From an uncultured delta proteobacterium (GTDB lineage: Bacteria; Myxococcota_A; UBA9160; UBA6930): a stretch of DNA of 64,000 nucleotides. The notes beneath the pieces were generated by a model. That model had not been told where the DNA came from. It ran no database searches and saw only the letters and a program-made list of their open reading frames with translations. Both the position numbers and the translations under genes were made by a program. The stretch is from the NCBI GenBank assembly GCA_963766175.1, contig CAVXZE010000001.1, positions 148,136 to 212,135 on the forward strand. Direction: 5' to 3'. Shown here one piece after another: positions 37,399 through 47,138 of the stretch. How positions within the stretch are numbered: position 1 is the first letter of the stretch; the number at the start of each line of letters is the position of its first letter.

Positions 37399-38129
37399 TG
37401 CCCGATCCGTTTCTCTCGGTCTCCGAGCTCTACAAATCCTTCGCCACGGGAGAGGAAACCATCGAGGTATTGCGCGGGGTGGACCTCGAGGTGGCCGGCG
37501 GAGAGCGCCTGGCGATCCTCGGCCAATCGGGCGTTGGCAAATCCACGCTGCTCCACATCCTGGGGACCCTGGACCACCCGACTTCCGGTCGCGTTCTCTT
37601 CGAGGGTGAGGACATCTTCGAGAAACCGACCGATGAGCTCTCCCGCTTCCGCAGTCGGTCGCTGGGCTTCGTCTTCCAGTTTCACCACCTGCTTCCCGAG
37701 TTCAACGCCCTCGAGAATGTGATGATGCCGGGGCTCCTGCGGGGCGACGACTTTTCCGCGACGCGGGAGCGTGCAGCGGAGATCCTCTGCGAGGTGGATC
37801 TGGACCATCGCCTCGAGCACCCGGTGGGAAAGCTCTCCGGGGGCGAGCGCCAGCGGGTCGCCGTGGCGCGTGCCCTGGTTCTGGGTCCACGGCTGGTACT
37901 CGCCGACGAGCCTACCGGGAATCTGGATCCCACCACCGGTGAGCGGGTGGCGGACATTCTGCTGGAGCTGAACGAAAGGCGCGGCACCGCCCTGGTGATC
38001 GTGACCCACAACTCCGCCCTCGCGGCCCGGCTGGGGCGGGCGGTGACGCTGGTCGACGGGCGCCTGGAAGAGGTCCCAATGCGCGTGCTGGGGCTTAACC
38101 TTGCGTCAGATAAGGAGAAATCCGGTTAG
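37398..38129 (+). CDS. lolD: Lipoprotein-releasing ABC ATPase
   Basis: [22 protein letters not shown] (LolD motif), [18 protein letters not shown]. Confidence 0.9.
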   Translation: MPDPFLSVSELYKSFATGEETIEVLRGVDLEVAGGERLAILGQSGVGKSTLLHILGTLDHPTSGRVLFEGEDIFEKPTDELSRFRSRSLGFVFQFHHLLPEFNALENVMMPGLLRGDDFSATRERAAEILCEVDLDHRLEHPVGKLSGGERQRVAVARALVLGPRLVLADEPTGNLDPTTGERVADILLELNERRGTALVIVTHNSALAARLGRAVTLVDGRLEEVPMRVLGLNLASDKEKSG

Positions 38130-38136
38130 TGTGGCC

Positions 38137-38165
38137 TTGATTCGCAGGCTGGTGGAAAGTAGAAT
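38137..38165 (+). promoter_or_regulatory. Putative sigma-70 promoter for bamA
   Basis: TTGATT-N17-TAGAAT just after the lolD stop. Confidence 0.6.
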
Positions 38166-38214
38166 TCCGCCGCCAGGAGAGCGAGAGGCGCGGCTTCGCG
38201 CCTGGGGGGAATTC

Positions 38215-41200
38215 TTGCGCCCGAATCGCGACTCGATTGCCGGACTCCGCCGGATTGCGGCCCGGTTCCTCCACGCTCCTCGCGGCCCGGTTCGCGCGTC
38301 TCGCCTGATCGCCGGAGCCCTTCCCGCGCTGCTTCTTCTGCTCTTGCTTCCGGCAAGCCGCGCTGCCGCCGCCCAGCCCCCTCCGCGGGGCGCGGTCTCC
38401 GCCCCGATCAAGGTGGTGGTGGCCGTACTCCCGTTCCGGGTGCACAGCGCGAAACCCCTCGACTACCTGGAAAATTCTCTGGCCGACCTGCTCGCGACGC
38501 GGCTCGAGGCCAGCGGCAGGGTCGATGTTCTCGAGGCTCTCACGGTGAGGGAATCCCTGGTCGCCTACGCGGGAGAGCGAACCGAGACCACGGTGCGAAG
38601 GCTCGCGGCCGACCTCGGGGCCGACTTCGTCGTGGTGGGAAGCCTGACGGAGCTGGCCGGCCACTACAGCCTCGACGTGCGGGTGACACCGGTCGCGAGC
38701 AACGTCGCCACCAGCACCATGGTGTACACGGCAGAAGATGACGGCGAGCTCCTGGATCGCATCAACGAGCTGGCGGATCGCGTGCTCGAGCTGGTGGGGA
38801 CCGTCTCGCTGAGCGCCCAGGTGCTGGAAGTTCACTTCGATGCGATTCCCGAGCTGGAGGAAGCCGCCCGAGAAGCCGTTCAGGTCCGCCCCGGAGACCA
38901 GTATGAGAGCGCGGTGGTTCGGGAGGATCTGGCCCGGCTGCGCGCCACGGAGGGGGTCGCCAGCGCAACCGTCGATACGGAACGGCGACGCGAGGGAATC
39001 ACGTTGACGTTCCGGGTCGTCGGCACCGAGCAGATCATGCCCACCGCCGAGATCCCACCGGGCGCCGATCAGATCGCAGACGTACAGGTTCGTGGCAACC
39101 GCCGCATCGAGGCCAACGCGATCCGCGCCCGTATCAGCACGCAGCCCGGCGATTCCTTCAATCAGGCGCGTCTGGCGGACGACGTTCGCGAGGTCTACTC
39201 CCTGGGGTTCTTCCGCAACGTCCGCGTGGTCAGCGAGGAGAGCATCGACGGGCGCGTCCTGATCTTCGAGGTCGAAGAGAACCCCGTGGTTCGCCAGGTT
39301 TCGATCACCGGCAACGAGAACATGGACGGCGAGAAGATCCGGGATTCCCTCACCCTCACCACCGGCTCGACCCTCGACTACCCGCTCCTCTTCGAGAATC
39401 GGGAGCGGATCGAGGCCCTCTACCGGGCGGAGGGCTACTACCTGGCGAAGGTCCGCTACGAGATCGAGGAGCTTCCGAACGAGTCGGTGGCGATCCACTT
39501 CGAGGTGATCGAGAACGACAAGCTGCGGCTCCAAGCCATCGCATTCGAAGGCAACGAGCACTTCAGCGACGGTGATCTCGTGAGCGGTCTTCACACCAAG
39601 CGCTGGCGCTGGTATTCGCCCGTCAGCCATTTTCTGGATCGCTCCGGCACCTACTCGGAGCCGATCTTCATCCAGGATCTCCAGAGCGTCCAGGAGAAAT
39701 ACCTGAACGCCGGGTTCCTCCGCGTCGAGGTGGGCGAGCCCGAGGTGAAGGCCCTCACAGAGGGTCTGATCGTCGAGGTGAACATCGTCGAGGGCGATCA
39801 ATTCAACACCGGCAAGGTGGACGTCGCCGGGGACGAGACGGTCGATCTGGAGGCGCTCCAAGAGCGGCTGAATCTGAAGGAAGGGGAGACCTTCAACCGC
39901 TCCTTCCTGACCGACGACGTCGAGGAGCTCGAGCGCCTCTACACGAATCGCGGCTTCTACTTCGCGAGCGTGAGCCCCCGAACACTGATCAACGAAGACG
40001 AGCTTCTCGTCGACGTCACCTTCGAGGTCGAGAAGGGGCCGCTCTATTTCATTCGGGAGATCGACGTCGCCGGAAACACCGTCACCATCGATCCGGTCAT
40101 CCGCCGCGAGATGAACATGGTCGAGGGGCAGCTCTACTCGGCTCGCGCCATCGAGCTGAGCGAACGGCGGATCCGGGGGCTGGGCTTCTTCGAAGAGGTG
40201 AACTTCGAGCCGGAGCAGACCGACTACCCGGATCAGCTCGATCTCGGGGTGAAGGTGGTGGAGAAGCCGACGGGCTCGCTGAGCTTCGGGTTCGGATACT
40301 CCTCCCAGGACAGCTTCGTGATCAGCGCCGGCCTCTCCCAGCGCAACCTGTTCGGGCGGGGCTACGCGGGGGCGGTCTCCGCCGACTTCGGCGGGGACAA
40401 CGACCGCTTCTACATCTCCTTCGTCGATCCCTACTTCCTGGGATCGGAGTTCAGCCTGGCCACGAGCATCTTCCGCACCGACGTCAACTACGAGGACTTC
40501 AGTCAGCAAGCGACCGGCATCGATTTCAGACTCGGCCACTACCTGGACGAAGAACACCGGACGCGCGGCACGGTCAACTACAGCTACGCGAGCCGCGAGA
40601 TCCAGCGGGATACCGGCGTCAACGCCGCCTCGATGATCTTTCGAGAGCTCCTTCAGGGTGAAGCGGCCACCAGTCTCGTCGGCCTCTCCTTCCGGAGGGA
40701 TACGCGCGACGACATGGTGGCGCCTACCAGCGGGCGGATCGTGGGCGCATCCGTGGACGGCGCCGGTCTGGGCGGGTTCTCGAAGTTCGTCCGTTTCGAG
40801 GGGCGCTGGATCGGCTTCTTCCGGCCCCCCGGCTGGTTTCCAGGCTGGTTCCCCTTCCGGGACAAGTCGACCTTCGTCCTCGGTGCCCGGTTCGGCTACA
40901 CGGTTCCCTTCAACGAGATCAGTGACTACACCACGCTGGTACCGGGATCGCTCTCCTTCCCTGAGGGCGCTGAAATCCAGTTCTTGAAGGACATCGACAC
41001 GGACCTCACGCTGCCGCTCACCGAGCGCTACTTCCTGGGCGGCATCGGGACCTACCAGCTCCGCGGCTTCAAGGCCCGCTCCGTCGGTCCGCGGCGGGCA
41101 ATCCTCAGGCGGACCGGTCTGATCGGCACCGGAAACGCGTTCACGCCGGTGGGAAGAGGCGAGGGGATCGATTCAGAGGGAAACATCCAATTCGTCTGCC

Positions 41201-41589
41201 GCGACACCGAGAACGAGGTCATCAACTTCCAGGGCAACGGCAATGGCAAGTGCAACAGCCTCTATGACCAGGACAACGACGACTTCGACGACCTCGAGGA
41301 GACCGATGTCATCGGCGGAAGCAAGTTCTTCGCGGCCAGCTTCGAGTACCGCTTCCCGATCTCGGAGTCCCTGGGCCTGATGGGCATCCTGTTCTTCGAC
41401 ATGGGGAATGCCTTCGCCGAGAACGAGAGCATTTTCGACCTCGGCAAGTGGCGCTATGGTACCGGCTTCGGCGCCCAGTGGTTCTCGCCCTTCGGTCCTC
41501 TCCAGGCGTTCGTGGGATTTCCCATCGACAAGCTGGAGGTGGAGGACAGTCCGGTCTTCGAGTTCTCGGTCGGCGGCGCCTCGTTCTAG
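38215..41589 (+). CDS. bamA: Outer membrane protein assembly factor BamA with extra N-terminal domain
   Basis: Signal-like LPALLLLLLLPASRAAAA, POTRA repeats (V.GN..I), LRGF motif, W.SPFGPL, terminal F. Start uncertain; TTG 38215 chosen because it lies downstream of the promoter. Confidence 0.9.
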   Translation: MRPNRDSIAGLRRIAARFLHAPRGPVRASRLIAGALPALLLLLLLPASRAAAAQPPPRGAVSAPIKVVVAVLPFRVHSAKPLDYLENSLADLLATRLEASGRVDVLEALTVRESLVAYAGERTETTVRRLAADLGADFVVVGSLTELAGHYSLDVRVTPVASNVATSTMVYTAEDDGELLDRINELADRVLELVGTVSLSAQVLEVHFDAIPELEEAAREAVQVRPGDQYESAVVREDLARLRATEGVASATVDTERRREGITLTFRVVGTEQIMPTAEIPPGADQIADVQVRGNRRIEANAIRARISTQPGDSFNQARLADDVREVYSLGFFRNVRVVSEESIDGRVLIFEVEENPVVRQVSITGNENMDGEKIRDSLTLTTGSTLDYPLLFENRERIEALYRAEGYYLAKVRYEIEELPNESVAIHFEVIENDKLRLQAIAFEGNEHFSDGDLVSGLHTKRWRWYSPVSHFLDRSGTYSEPIFIQDLQSVQEKYLNAGFLRVEVGEPEVKALTEGLIVEVNIVEGDQFNTGKVDVAGDETVDLEALQERLNLKEGETFNRSFLTDDVEELERLYTNRGFYFASVSPRTLINEDELLVDVTFEVEKGPLYFIREIDVAGNTVTIDPVIRREMNMVEGQLYSARAIELSERRIRGLGFFEEVNFEPEQTDYPDQLDLGVKVVEKPTGSLSFGFGYSSQDSFVISAGLSQRNLFGRGYAGAVSADFGGDNDRFYISFVDPYFLGSEFSLATSIFRTDVNYEDFSQQATGIDFRLGHYLDEEHRTRGTVNYSYASREIQRDTGVNAASMIFRELLQGEAATSLVGLSFRRDTRDDMVAPTSGRIVGASVDGAGLGGFSKFVRFEGRWIGFFRPPGWFPGWFPFRDKSTFVLGARFGYTVPFNEISDYTTLVPGSLSFPEGAEIQFLKDIDTDLTLPLTERYFLGGIGTYQLRGFKARSVGPRRAILRRTGLIGTGNAFTPVGRGEGIDSEGNIQFVCRDTENEVINFQGNGNGKCNSLYDQDNDDFDDLEETDVIGGSKFFAASFEYRFPISESLGLMGILFFDMGNAFAENESIFDLGKWRYGTGFGAQWFSPFGPLQAFVGFPIDKLEVEDSPVFEFSVGGASF

Positions 41590-41625
41590 CCGCCAGGACC
41601 CAGCGGTCCAAGGAGAAACAGAGCA

Positions 41626-42144
41626 ATGACGCGTGTGAACAAGATTCTCCTGCTCCTTGCCCTGGTCGCCCTGCTGGGGTGGGCCACGGGTGCACAGGAC
41701 GAGCCCATCAAGATCGGGGTGGTCGACATGGACCAGGCCTTGAACTCCACCGAGGAGGGAAAGGCTGCCCGGGAGGAGTTCTCCCGCAAGCAGCGGGAAG
41801 CGGATGCAGAGGTCCAGCCTCTGGCGGAGCGCTTCCGTGAGCTCCAGGAGGAGCTGAAGGGGAAGAAGTACGTGCTCTCGGACGAGGCTCTGTTCGGGAA
41901 GCAGGTGGAGCTCGCCGAGCTGCAGAACCGGATCGAGAACAAGCTCAAAGAACTCCAGGGTCAGCTCAAGATCGACCAGGGCAGGCTGGAGGCGCCTCTG
42001 CGGGCCAAGCTCCTCGAGATCGTCGAGGATCTCGGCAAGGATCAGGGCTTCACGGTGATCCTGGCCCGCGGCACGGCACTCTACACCCGAGAGGCCATCG
42101 ACATGACCGATGAGGTGGTCGCCCGCTTCGACAAGAAGAGCTAG
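41626..42144 (+). CDS. skp: Skp/OmpH periplasmic chaperone
   Basis: Signal peptide, KIGVVD, coiled coil, DMTDEV; immediately after bamA. Confidence 0.88.
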   Translation: MTRVNKILLLLALVALLGWATGAQDEPIKIGVVDMDQALNSTEEGKAAREEFSRKQREADAEVQPLAERFRELQEELKGKKYVLSDEALFGKQVELAELQNRIENKLKELQGQLKIDQGRLEAPLRAKLLEIVEDLGKDQGFTVILARGTALYTREAIDMTDEVVARFDKKS

Positions 42145-42926
42145 TGGCCCGTCCCCGAATCCACCCCAGCGCAGTCATCGAGTCCGGCGCGAAGATCGCC
42201 GCCGACGCCGTGATCGGCGCCTTCGCGTTCGTCGGCTCCGATGTCGAGCTGGCCGCTGGCGTCGAGCTGCGTCCGCACGCCCACGTATGCGGACGGACCA
42301 CGGTCGGCGAGGGCACTCGGATCTTTCCCTATGCAGTGCTCGGCGAGGAGCCCCAGGACAAGAGCTTCGCGGGAGAGACCACTCAGCTGTTGGTGGGCCG
42401 GGACAACGTGATCCGGGAGCACGTGACGATTCACATCGGGACGCCCAAGGGCGGCGGGTGCACCCGCATCGGCGACGACAACTTCATCATGAATGGAGTC
42501 CACCTCGGCCACGACACCGAGGTGGGTTCCCACTGCATCATCGCGAGCCACTGCGCCTTCGGTGGTCATGCGGTCGTCGAAGACTACGCCGTCATCGGGG
42601 GCCTCTGCGGGATTCACCAGTTCGCCCGCGTCGGCGAATCGGTGATGATGGCGGCCGCGTCGGCGCTCTCCAAGGACGCGCCGCCCTTTGCCCTGGTCTC
42701 CGGCCGTCGGGCGCGGGTCCTGGGGACCAACGTGGTGGGTCTCCGTCGCCGGGGCATGTCCGCCGAGGTCCGGGCGGAGATCAAGCACGCCTTCCACATT
42801 CTCTTCAACTCGAAGCTGCGGCTCGAGCCCGCTATCGAACGGCTGCGTGCGGAGCACTTCGAGTGCGCCGAAGTGGGGCGGCTCCTCCACTTCATCGAGA
42901 ACTCGAAGCGCGGTTTCTGCCGCTGA
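42144..42926 (+). CDS. lpxA: UDP-GlcNAc acyltransferase
   Basis: IHPSAVI, PQD, IREHVTIH, HLGHD, HQF hexapeptide-repeat fold. Confidence 0.92.
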   Translation: MARPRIHPSAVIESGAKIAADAVIGAFAFVGSDVELAAGVELRPHAHVCGRTTVGEGTRIFPYAVLGEEPQDKSFAGETTQLLVGRDNVIREHVTIHIGTPKGGGCTRIGDDNFIMNGVHLGHDTEVGSHCIIASHCAFGGHAVVEDYAVIGGLCGIHQFARVGESVMMAAASALSKDAPPFALVSGRRARVLGTNVVGLRRRGMSAEVRAEIKHAFHILFNSKLRLEPAIERLRAEHFECAEVGRLLHFIENSKRGFCR

Positions 42927-42936
42927 AAGGGGCGCC

Positions 42937-43782
42937 TTGGCGACGACCGTGGGGCTCATCGCCGGACTCGGTCGGTTTCCCCTGGAGGTGGCACGGGGGG
43001 CGCGCAGCAGCGGTCACCGCGTCGCCGCGGTGGCCCTGCAAAAGCTCAGCGATCCCGCCCTCGAGGCGGAGGCCGACTGCTTCACCTGGCTGTATCTCGG
43101 CGAGCTGAGCCGGCTCTTCGCGTTCTTCCGCGACGCCGGCGTCGAGAAGGTCGTGATGGTGGGCAAGGTGCCCAAGACCTTCCTGTGGAAGGAGCCCTCG
43201 GCGTTTCGGCCGGACGCGCGGGCGGTCGCCCTGCTCAAGAATCTCGCGGATCGCAAGGACGACTCGATCCTCGGCGCCGTTGCCCACGCGATCCAGGAGG
43301 AAGGTTTTTCCCTGATCGGGCAGGTCGATCTCGCCCCCGAGCTCTGGGCTCCGGAAGGACCGATTGGGAAGATCCCCCCCACCGACGACCAGCGTCGTGA
43401 CATCGCCTTCGGCTGGCCGATTGCCAAGGCGATCGGGAACCTCGACATCGGCCAGACGGTGGTGGTTCGGGGACGCGCCGTGCTGGCTCTGGAGGCGATC
43501 GAGGGAACCGATGCCGCGATTCGGCGCGGCTGCGCTCTGGGGGAGGCGGGGGCCACCGTGGTGAAGGTGGCGAAGCCGAGCCAGGACCTGCGCTTCGACG
43601 TTCCCACCGTCGGGCCGGACACACTGGCGACTCTGATCGAGTGCGGTGCAGGGGCGCTCGCCGTGGAGGCGGGGCGCACCGTCATCCTCGACCGGGAGGC
43701 CGTCGCGCGAGGCGCCGACGAGCACGGGATCTCGATCGTCGGTGTCGACGATGAACGTTCGGTCTGGGAGGAGCCCTGGTGA
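42937..43782 (+). CDS. lpxI: UDP-2,3-diacylglucosamine hydrolase LpxI
   Basis: GLIAG.G.FP, DIGQTVV, EAIEGTDAAIRR, KPSQDLRFDVPTVG. Confidence 0.9.
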   Translation: MATTVGLIAGLGRFPLEVARGARSSGHRVAAVALQKLSDPALEAEADCFTWLYLGELSRLFAFFRDAGVEKVVMVGKVPKTFLWKEPSAFRPDARAVALLKNLADRKDDSILGAVAHAIQEEGFSLIGQVDLAPELWAPEGPIGKIPPTDDQRRDIAFGWPIAKAIGNLDIGQTVVVRGRAVLALEAIEGTDAAIRRGCALGEAGATVVKVAKPSQDLRFDVPTVGPDTLATLIECGAGALAVEAGRTVILDREAVARGADEHGISIVGVDDERSVWEEPW

Positions 43783-44738
43783 GCGGGCTTCGCCTGGCTG
43801 TAATCGGTGTCGGTCACATGGGGCGGCTGCACGCTCAGAAGGTATCGGCACTCGCTGCCAGGGATTCCTCGGTGGTGTTGGTCGGCGTGGCCGACCCGGA
43901 TGCGGACCGCAACGCCGAGATCGCGGGAGAGGTGGGAGTCCGGGGTGTGACCGACTTCCGGAATCTGCTGGGGGAGATCGACGCCGCGATCGTCGCGGTT
44001 CCGACGGTCGGCCACTACGAGGTCGTGTCCGAGACCCTGAGCGCGGGTGTCGATGTGCTCGTCGAAAAGCCGATCGCCGCCACCGTCCCCGAGGCGGAGA
44101 AGCTTCTCTCCATTGCTCGGGACGGCGGCCGGGTGCTCCAGGTGGGTCACTTGGAGTGGTTCAACGCCGCGATGCGCAAGGTGGCTGCCTCCATCCGTCG
44201 CCCGCGATTCGTCGAATCCCACCGCCTCGGTCCCTTTCCCGGTCGAGCCACCGACGTCGATGTCGTGCGAGACCTGATGATCCACGATCTCGACGTCATT
44301 CAGCGGTTGGTGGGCGAGGAGCCGACGCGTATCGAGGCGATCGGCGTACCCGTGATTACCGACCGTGTGGACATCGCCAACGCCCGGCTGGGCTTTCCAG
44401 GGGGATGCGTGGCGAATCTCACCGCGAGCCGCGTCTCCCCCACGCCGATGCGCAGGATCCGCTTCTTCCAGCGCGACGGCTACTTTTCCATCGACTTTCT
44501 CGAGCAGGCGGTCGCGATCGCCCGCCGCCTGGATTCGGAACCGGACGGCAGTCGCAAGATCGATCGGCAGCGACTGGAGATCGAGCCGGGGGATGCCCTG
44601 GCTTCCCAGCTGGACTCCTTCATCGAGGCGGTGCGAACCCGGAAGGTGCGCGCCGGTGCGCCGCACGAGGGTCTCTCCGCGCTGCGAACCGCGCTGCGCG
44701 TGATCGATGCGATGCCCCCCCTCGACGACCTCCAATGA
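43779..44738 (+). CDS. Gfo/Idh/MocA oxidoreductase, GnnA-like
   Basis: GVGHMG, VEKPIA, VGH.E.FN, DLMIHDLD, TASRVS; lies between lpxI and lpxB. Confidence 0.8.
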   Translation: MSGLRLAVIGVGHMGRLHAQKVSALAARDSSVVLVGVADPDADRNAEIAGEVGVRGVTDFRNLLGEIDAAIVAVPTVGHYEVVSETLSAGVDVLVEKPIAATVPEAEKLLSIARDGGRVLQVGHLEWFNAAMRKVAASIRRPRFVESHRLGPFPGRATDVDVVRDLMIHDLDVIQRLVGEEPTRIEAIGVPVITDRVDIANARLGFPGGCVANLTASRVSPTPMRRIRFFQRDGYFSIDFLEQAVAIARRLDSEPDGSRKIDRQRLEIEPGDALASQLDSFIEAVRTRKVRAGAPHEGLSALRTALRVIDAMPPLDDLQ

Positions 44739-45895
44739 CGACGCTGCTTCTCTCGGCTGGAGATGCTTCGGGAGAGCTGCACACCGCCTCGTTCGTGGAG
44801 GCCTTCCGCAGGCGCGTCCCCGGGGTGCGCCTGCTGGGGATGGGCGGTGCCGAGATGGAGAAGGTGGGGGTCGAGCTCGTCGTCCACCAGCGGGAGCTGG
44901 CCGTCGGTGCGCTGGGGGTGCTCCGGGACGCCGGACGGATCTTCTCGGCGTGGCGGCGAATGAACCGCGCGCTCGAGACCGGCGGTGCCGATCTCGTCGT
45001 CCTGGTGGATTCGCCGGACTTCAACATTCCCCTGGCGCGGCGGGCGAGGAGGGCGGGGATTCCCGTTCTCTATTTCATCAGCCCGCAGGTCTGGGCGTGG
45101 CGCCGCCGCAGGATCCGAAAGATCGCGCGCCGGGTCGATCGCATGGCGGTGATCTTTCCATTCGAGAAGGAGGTGTACGCCGCGTCGGGTCTCCAGGTCG
45201 ACTTCGTCGGCCACCCGCTGGTGGATCGCCTCGGCGAGATCGCATCGCACGCGTCCCGCCAGGAAATGCGTCGCTCGCTGGGCCTCGATCCCGGCGGCTA
45301 TCTGGTCGCGCTGCTTCCGGGGAGTCGTCGCAACGAGGTGCGCGACGGTCTCTCGCTCCAGCTCGAGGCGGCCCGCGCTCTTCACGTTCGCGACCCTCGC
45401 GTGCGCTTCGCCGTTGCGGTCGCCCCCAGCATAACGCGAGCGAGTGTCGAGCAGGCCATCGCCGAGGCCGGCCTTCCCTCGCTGCTCTCGATCCAGGTCT
45501 TCGAAGATCGCACCTACCAGCTGCTCCGCGCCGCCGATGTCGCCCTCGCCAAGCCGGGTACCGTCACGGTGGAGATCTCCCTGCTCGGAACGCCGATGGT
45601 GGTGGCTTTCCGGGCGAGTTCCCTGACCGCCTTCCTGGCCCGGCGGGTGATCCGCGTTCCGTCCTTCGCCATGCCGAACCTGATCCTCGGTGCACCGGTG
45701 GTGCCCGAGTTTCTCCAGGAGGAGGCGCACCCGGAGAGGATCGCCCTCGCGCTCGCCGAGCTCCTCGAGGGGCCGGTGCGGGAGCTGCAGCTCGCAAACC
45801 TGGCGCGTGTGCGCCAGCGGCTGGGCTCCGGCGGAGCTGCCGAGCGGGCCGCGGCGATCGCTGAGGAGATGGCCCTTGGGGCCGGTGGGGCATAG
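44735..45895 (+). CDS. lpxB: Lipid-A-disaccharide synthase
   Basis: AGDASG, DSPDFN, SPQVWAWR, FPFE, FVGHPL, LLPGSR, GTVT.E, PEFLQ. Confidence 0.92.
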   Translation: MTTLLLSAGDASGELHTASFVEAFRRRVPGVRLLGMGGAEMEKVGVELVVHQRELAVGALGVLRDAGRIFSAWRRMNRALETGGADLVVLVDSPDFNIPLARRARRAGIPVLYFISPQVWAWRRRRIRKIARRVDRMAVIFPFEKEVYAASGLQVDFVGHPLVDRLGEIASHASRQEMRRSLGLDPGGYLVALLPGSRRNEVRDGLSLQLEAARALHVRDPRVRFAVAVAPSITRASVEQAIAEAGLPSLLSIQVFEDRTYQLLRAADVALAKPGTVTVEISLLGTPMVVAFRASSLTAFLARRVIRVPSFAMPNLILGAPVVPEFLQEEAHPERIALALAELLEGPVRELQLANLARVRQRLGSGGAAERAAAIAEEMALGAGGA

Positions 45896-47138
45896 CCTCG
45901 CCGCGTTGGCGGCGCTGGCGGGCCTTCCCGTGGGTCTCGCCGGGCTGGCGCTGCGACCCGGATGGCGGGTGGGTCTGCCCGAGCGATGCGGGCGGCGGCC
46001 CGGGAATCCGCCGGGCGCGATCTGGGTGCACGGGGCCAGTGTCGGAGAGATCCGCGCCGCCGTGGCTCTGATGGATCTTCTGCTCGAATCCGGGGAGAAC
46101 GTGGTGGCGTCGACGATGACGTTCACCGGACGCGACCTCCTGGGGCGGATCCGCCCGCAGCTGCCCTGCGCCCTTGCCCCTCTGGACCACCCCTGGACCG
46201 TGGAGGCGGCGCTTCGACGGGTACGACCGTCGGCCCTGGCCCTCGTCGAGACCGAGCTCTGGCCCTCGTGGATAGCTGCTGCGCATCGGCGCTGCATTCC
46301 CGTGGTGGTGGTCTCGGGGCGGATCTCGGATCGGAGCTTTCCCCGCTACCGGCGCATCGGGCGTTGGCTGCGGCCGATTCTCGAGAGGATCGCGGCAATC
46401 GGCGCCCGCAGTGCCGCCGACGCCGAGCGCTTCCGGGCCCTGGGGGCGAGCCCCGAGAAGGTGCAGGTGACCGGAGACCTGAAGCTCGAGCCGATCGGGG
46501 AGCCGGCGAGCTTGGCTGAGGATCTGAAGTCGCTGCTTGGCCAGGTTCCGCTCATCGTCGCTGGAAGCACCCACGAGGGGGAGGAGAGCACGCTGCTCGA
46601 AGTTCTCGCCGGTGTGGAGAAAGCCGGTCTGCGGGCATCCCTGGTGCTGGCGCCGCGCCATCCCGAGCGGTTCGACGCCACCGAAGCGTTGGCGCGGCGC
46701 GCAGGACGCGTGGTTCGACGCCGGAGCGGCCTCGAGCTTCACCCCCTGGCCGAGGGCGAGGTGCTGCTTCTCGACAGCATGGGGGAGCTACCCGGGCTCT
46801 ACGCGCGCGCTGCGGTGGCCTTCGTGGGGGGCTCTCTCGTCCCCGTTGGAGGACACAACCTGCTGGAGCCGATCCTCGAAGGTCAGCCGGTTCTCTTCGG
46901 GCCCCACACCGAGAATGCCAGGGAGGCGGCGGACCTCGTCCTTAGCACCGGAGCGGGACGCCGCGTTGCCGACGGCGCCGATCTCGCCGGGGCCGTGATC
47001 GCGGCGCTTCGAGATCCCGCCTCGTGGAGAGAGCGGGCGCAAGCCGGCCGCCAGGCCCTGGAGCAGCATCGCGGAACCGCCGCGCGCAGCGCCAAGCTCA
47101 TCACCGGTGCCCGCGACCGATCGAGGCGAGAGCGATGA
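45876..47138 (+). CDS. waaA: Kdo transferase
   Basis: WVHGASVGE, ETELWP, GSTHEGEE, LAPRHPER, GGSLVPVGGHNLLEP. TTG start after GAGGAG. Confidence 0.92.
   Translation: MGPVGHSLAALAALAGLPVGLAGLALRPGWRVGLPERCGRRPGNPPGAIWVHGASVGEIRAAVALMDLLLESGENVVASTMTFTGRDLLGRIRPQLPCALAPLDHPWTVEAALRRVRPSALALVETELWPSWIAAAHRRCIPVVVVSGRISDRSFPRYRRIGRWLRPILERIAAIGARSAADAERFRALGASPEKVQVTGDLKLEPIGEPASLAEDLKSLLGQVPLIVAGSTHEGEESTLLEVLAGVEKAGLRASLVLAPRHPERFDATEALARRAGRVVRRRSGLELHPLAEGEVLLLDSMGELPGLYARAAVAFVGGSLVPVGGHNLLEPILEGQPVLFGPHTENAREAADLVLSTGAGRRVADGADLAGAVIAALRDPASWRERAQAGRQALEQHRGTAARSAKLITGARDRSRRER

Noticed and set aside
38095-40557. Long antisense ORFs (e.g. 820 aa opposite bamA, 815 aa opposite rel, 625 aa opposite the MCP)
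   Set aside because: Shadow ORFs expected from high-GC codon bias; no recognisable motifs and fully overlapping well-supported genes.
43646-44734. Apparent long N-terminal extensions of LpxB, Lnt, NusB, the epimerase and GltX in the ORF track
   Set aside because: They are stop-free alternate frames over adjacent genes or intergenic DNA; family homology begins at the downstream starts given.
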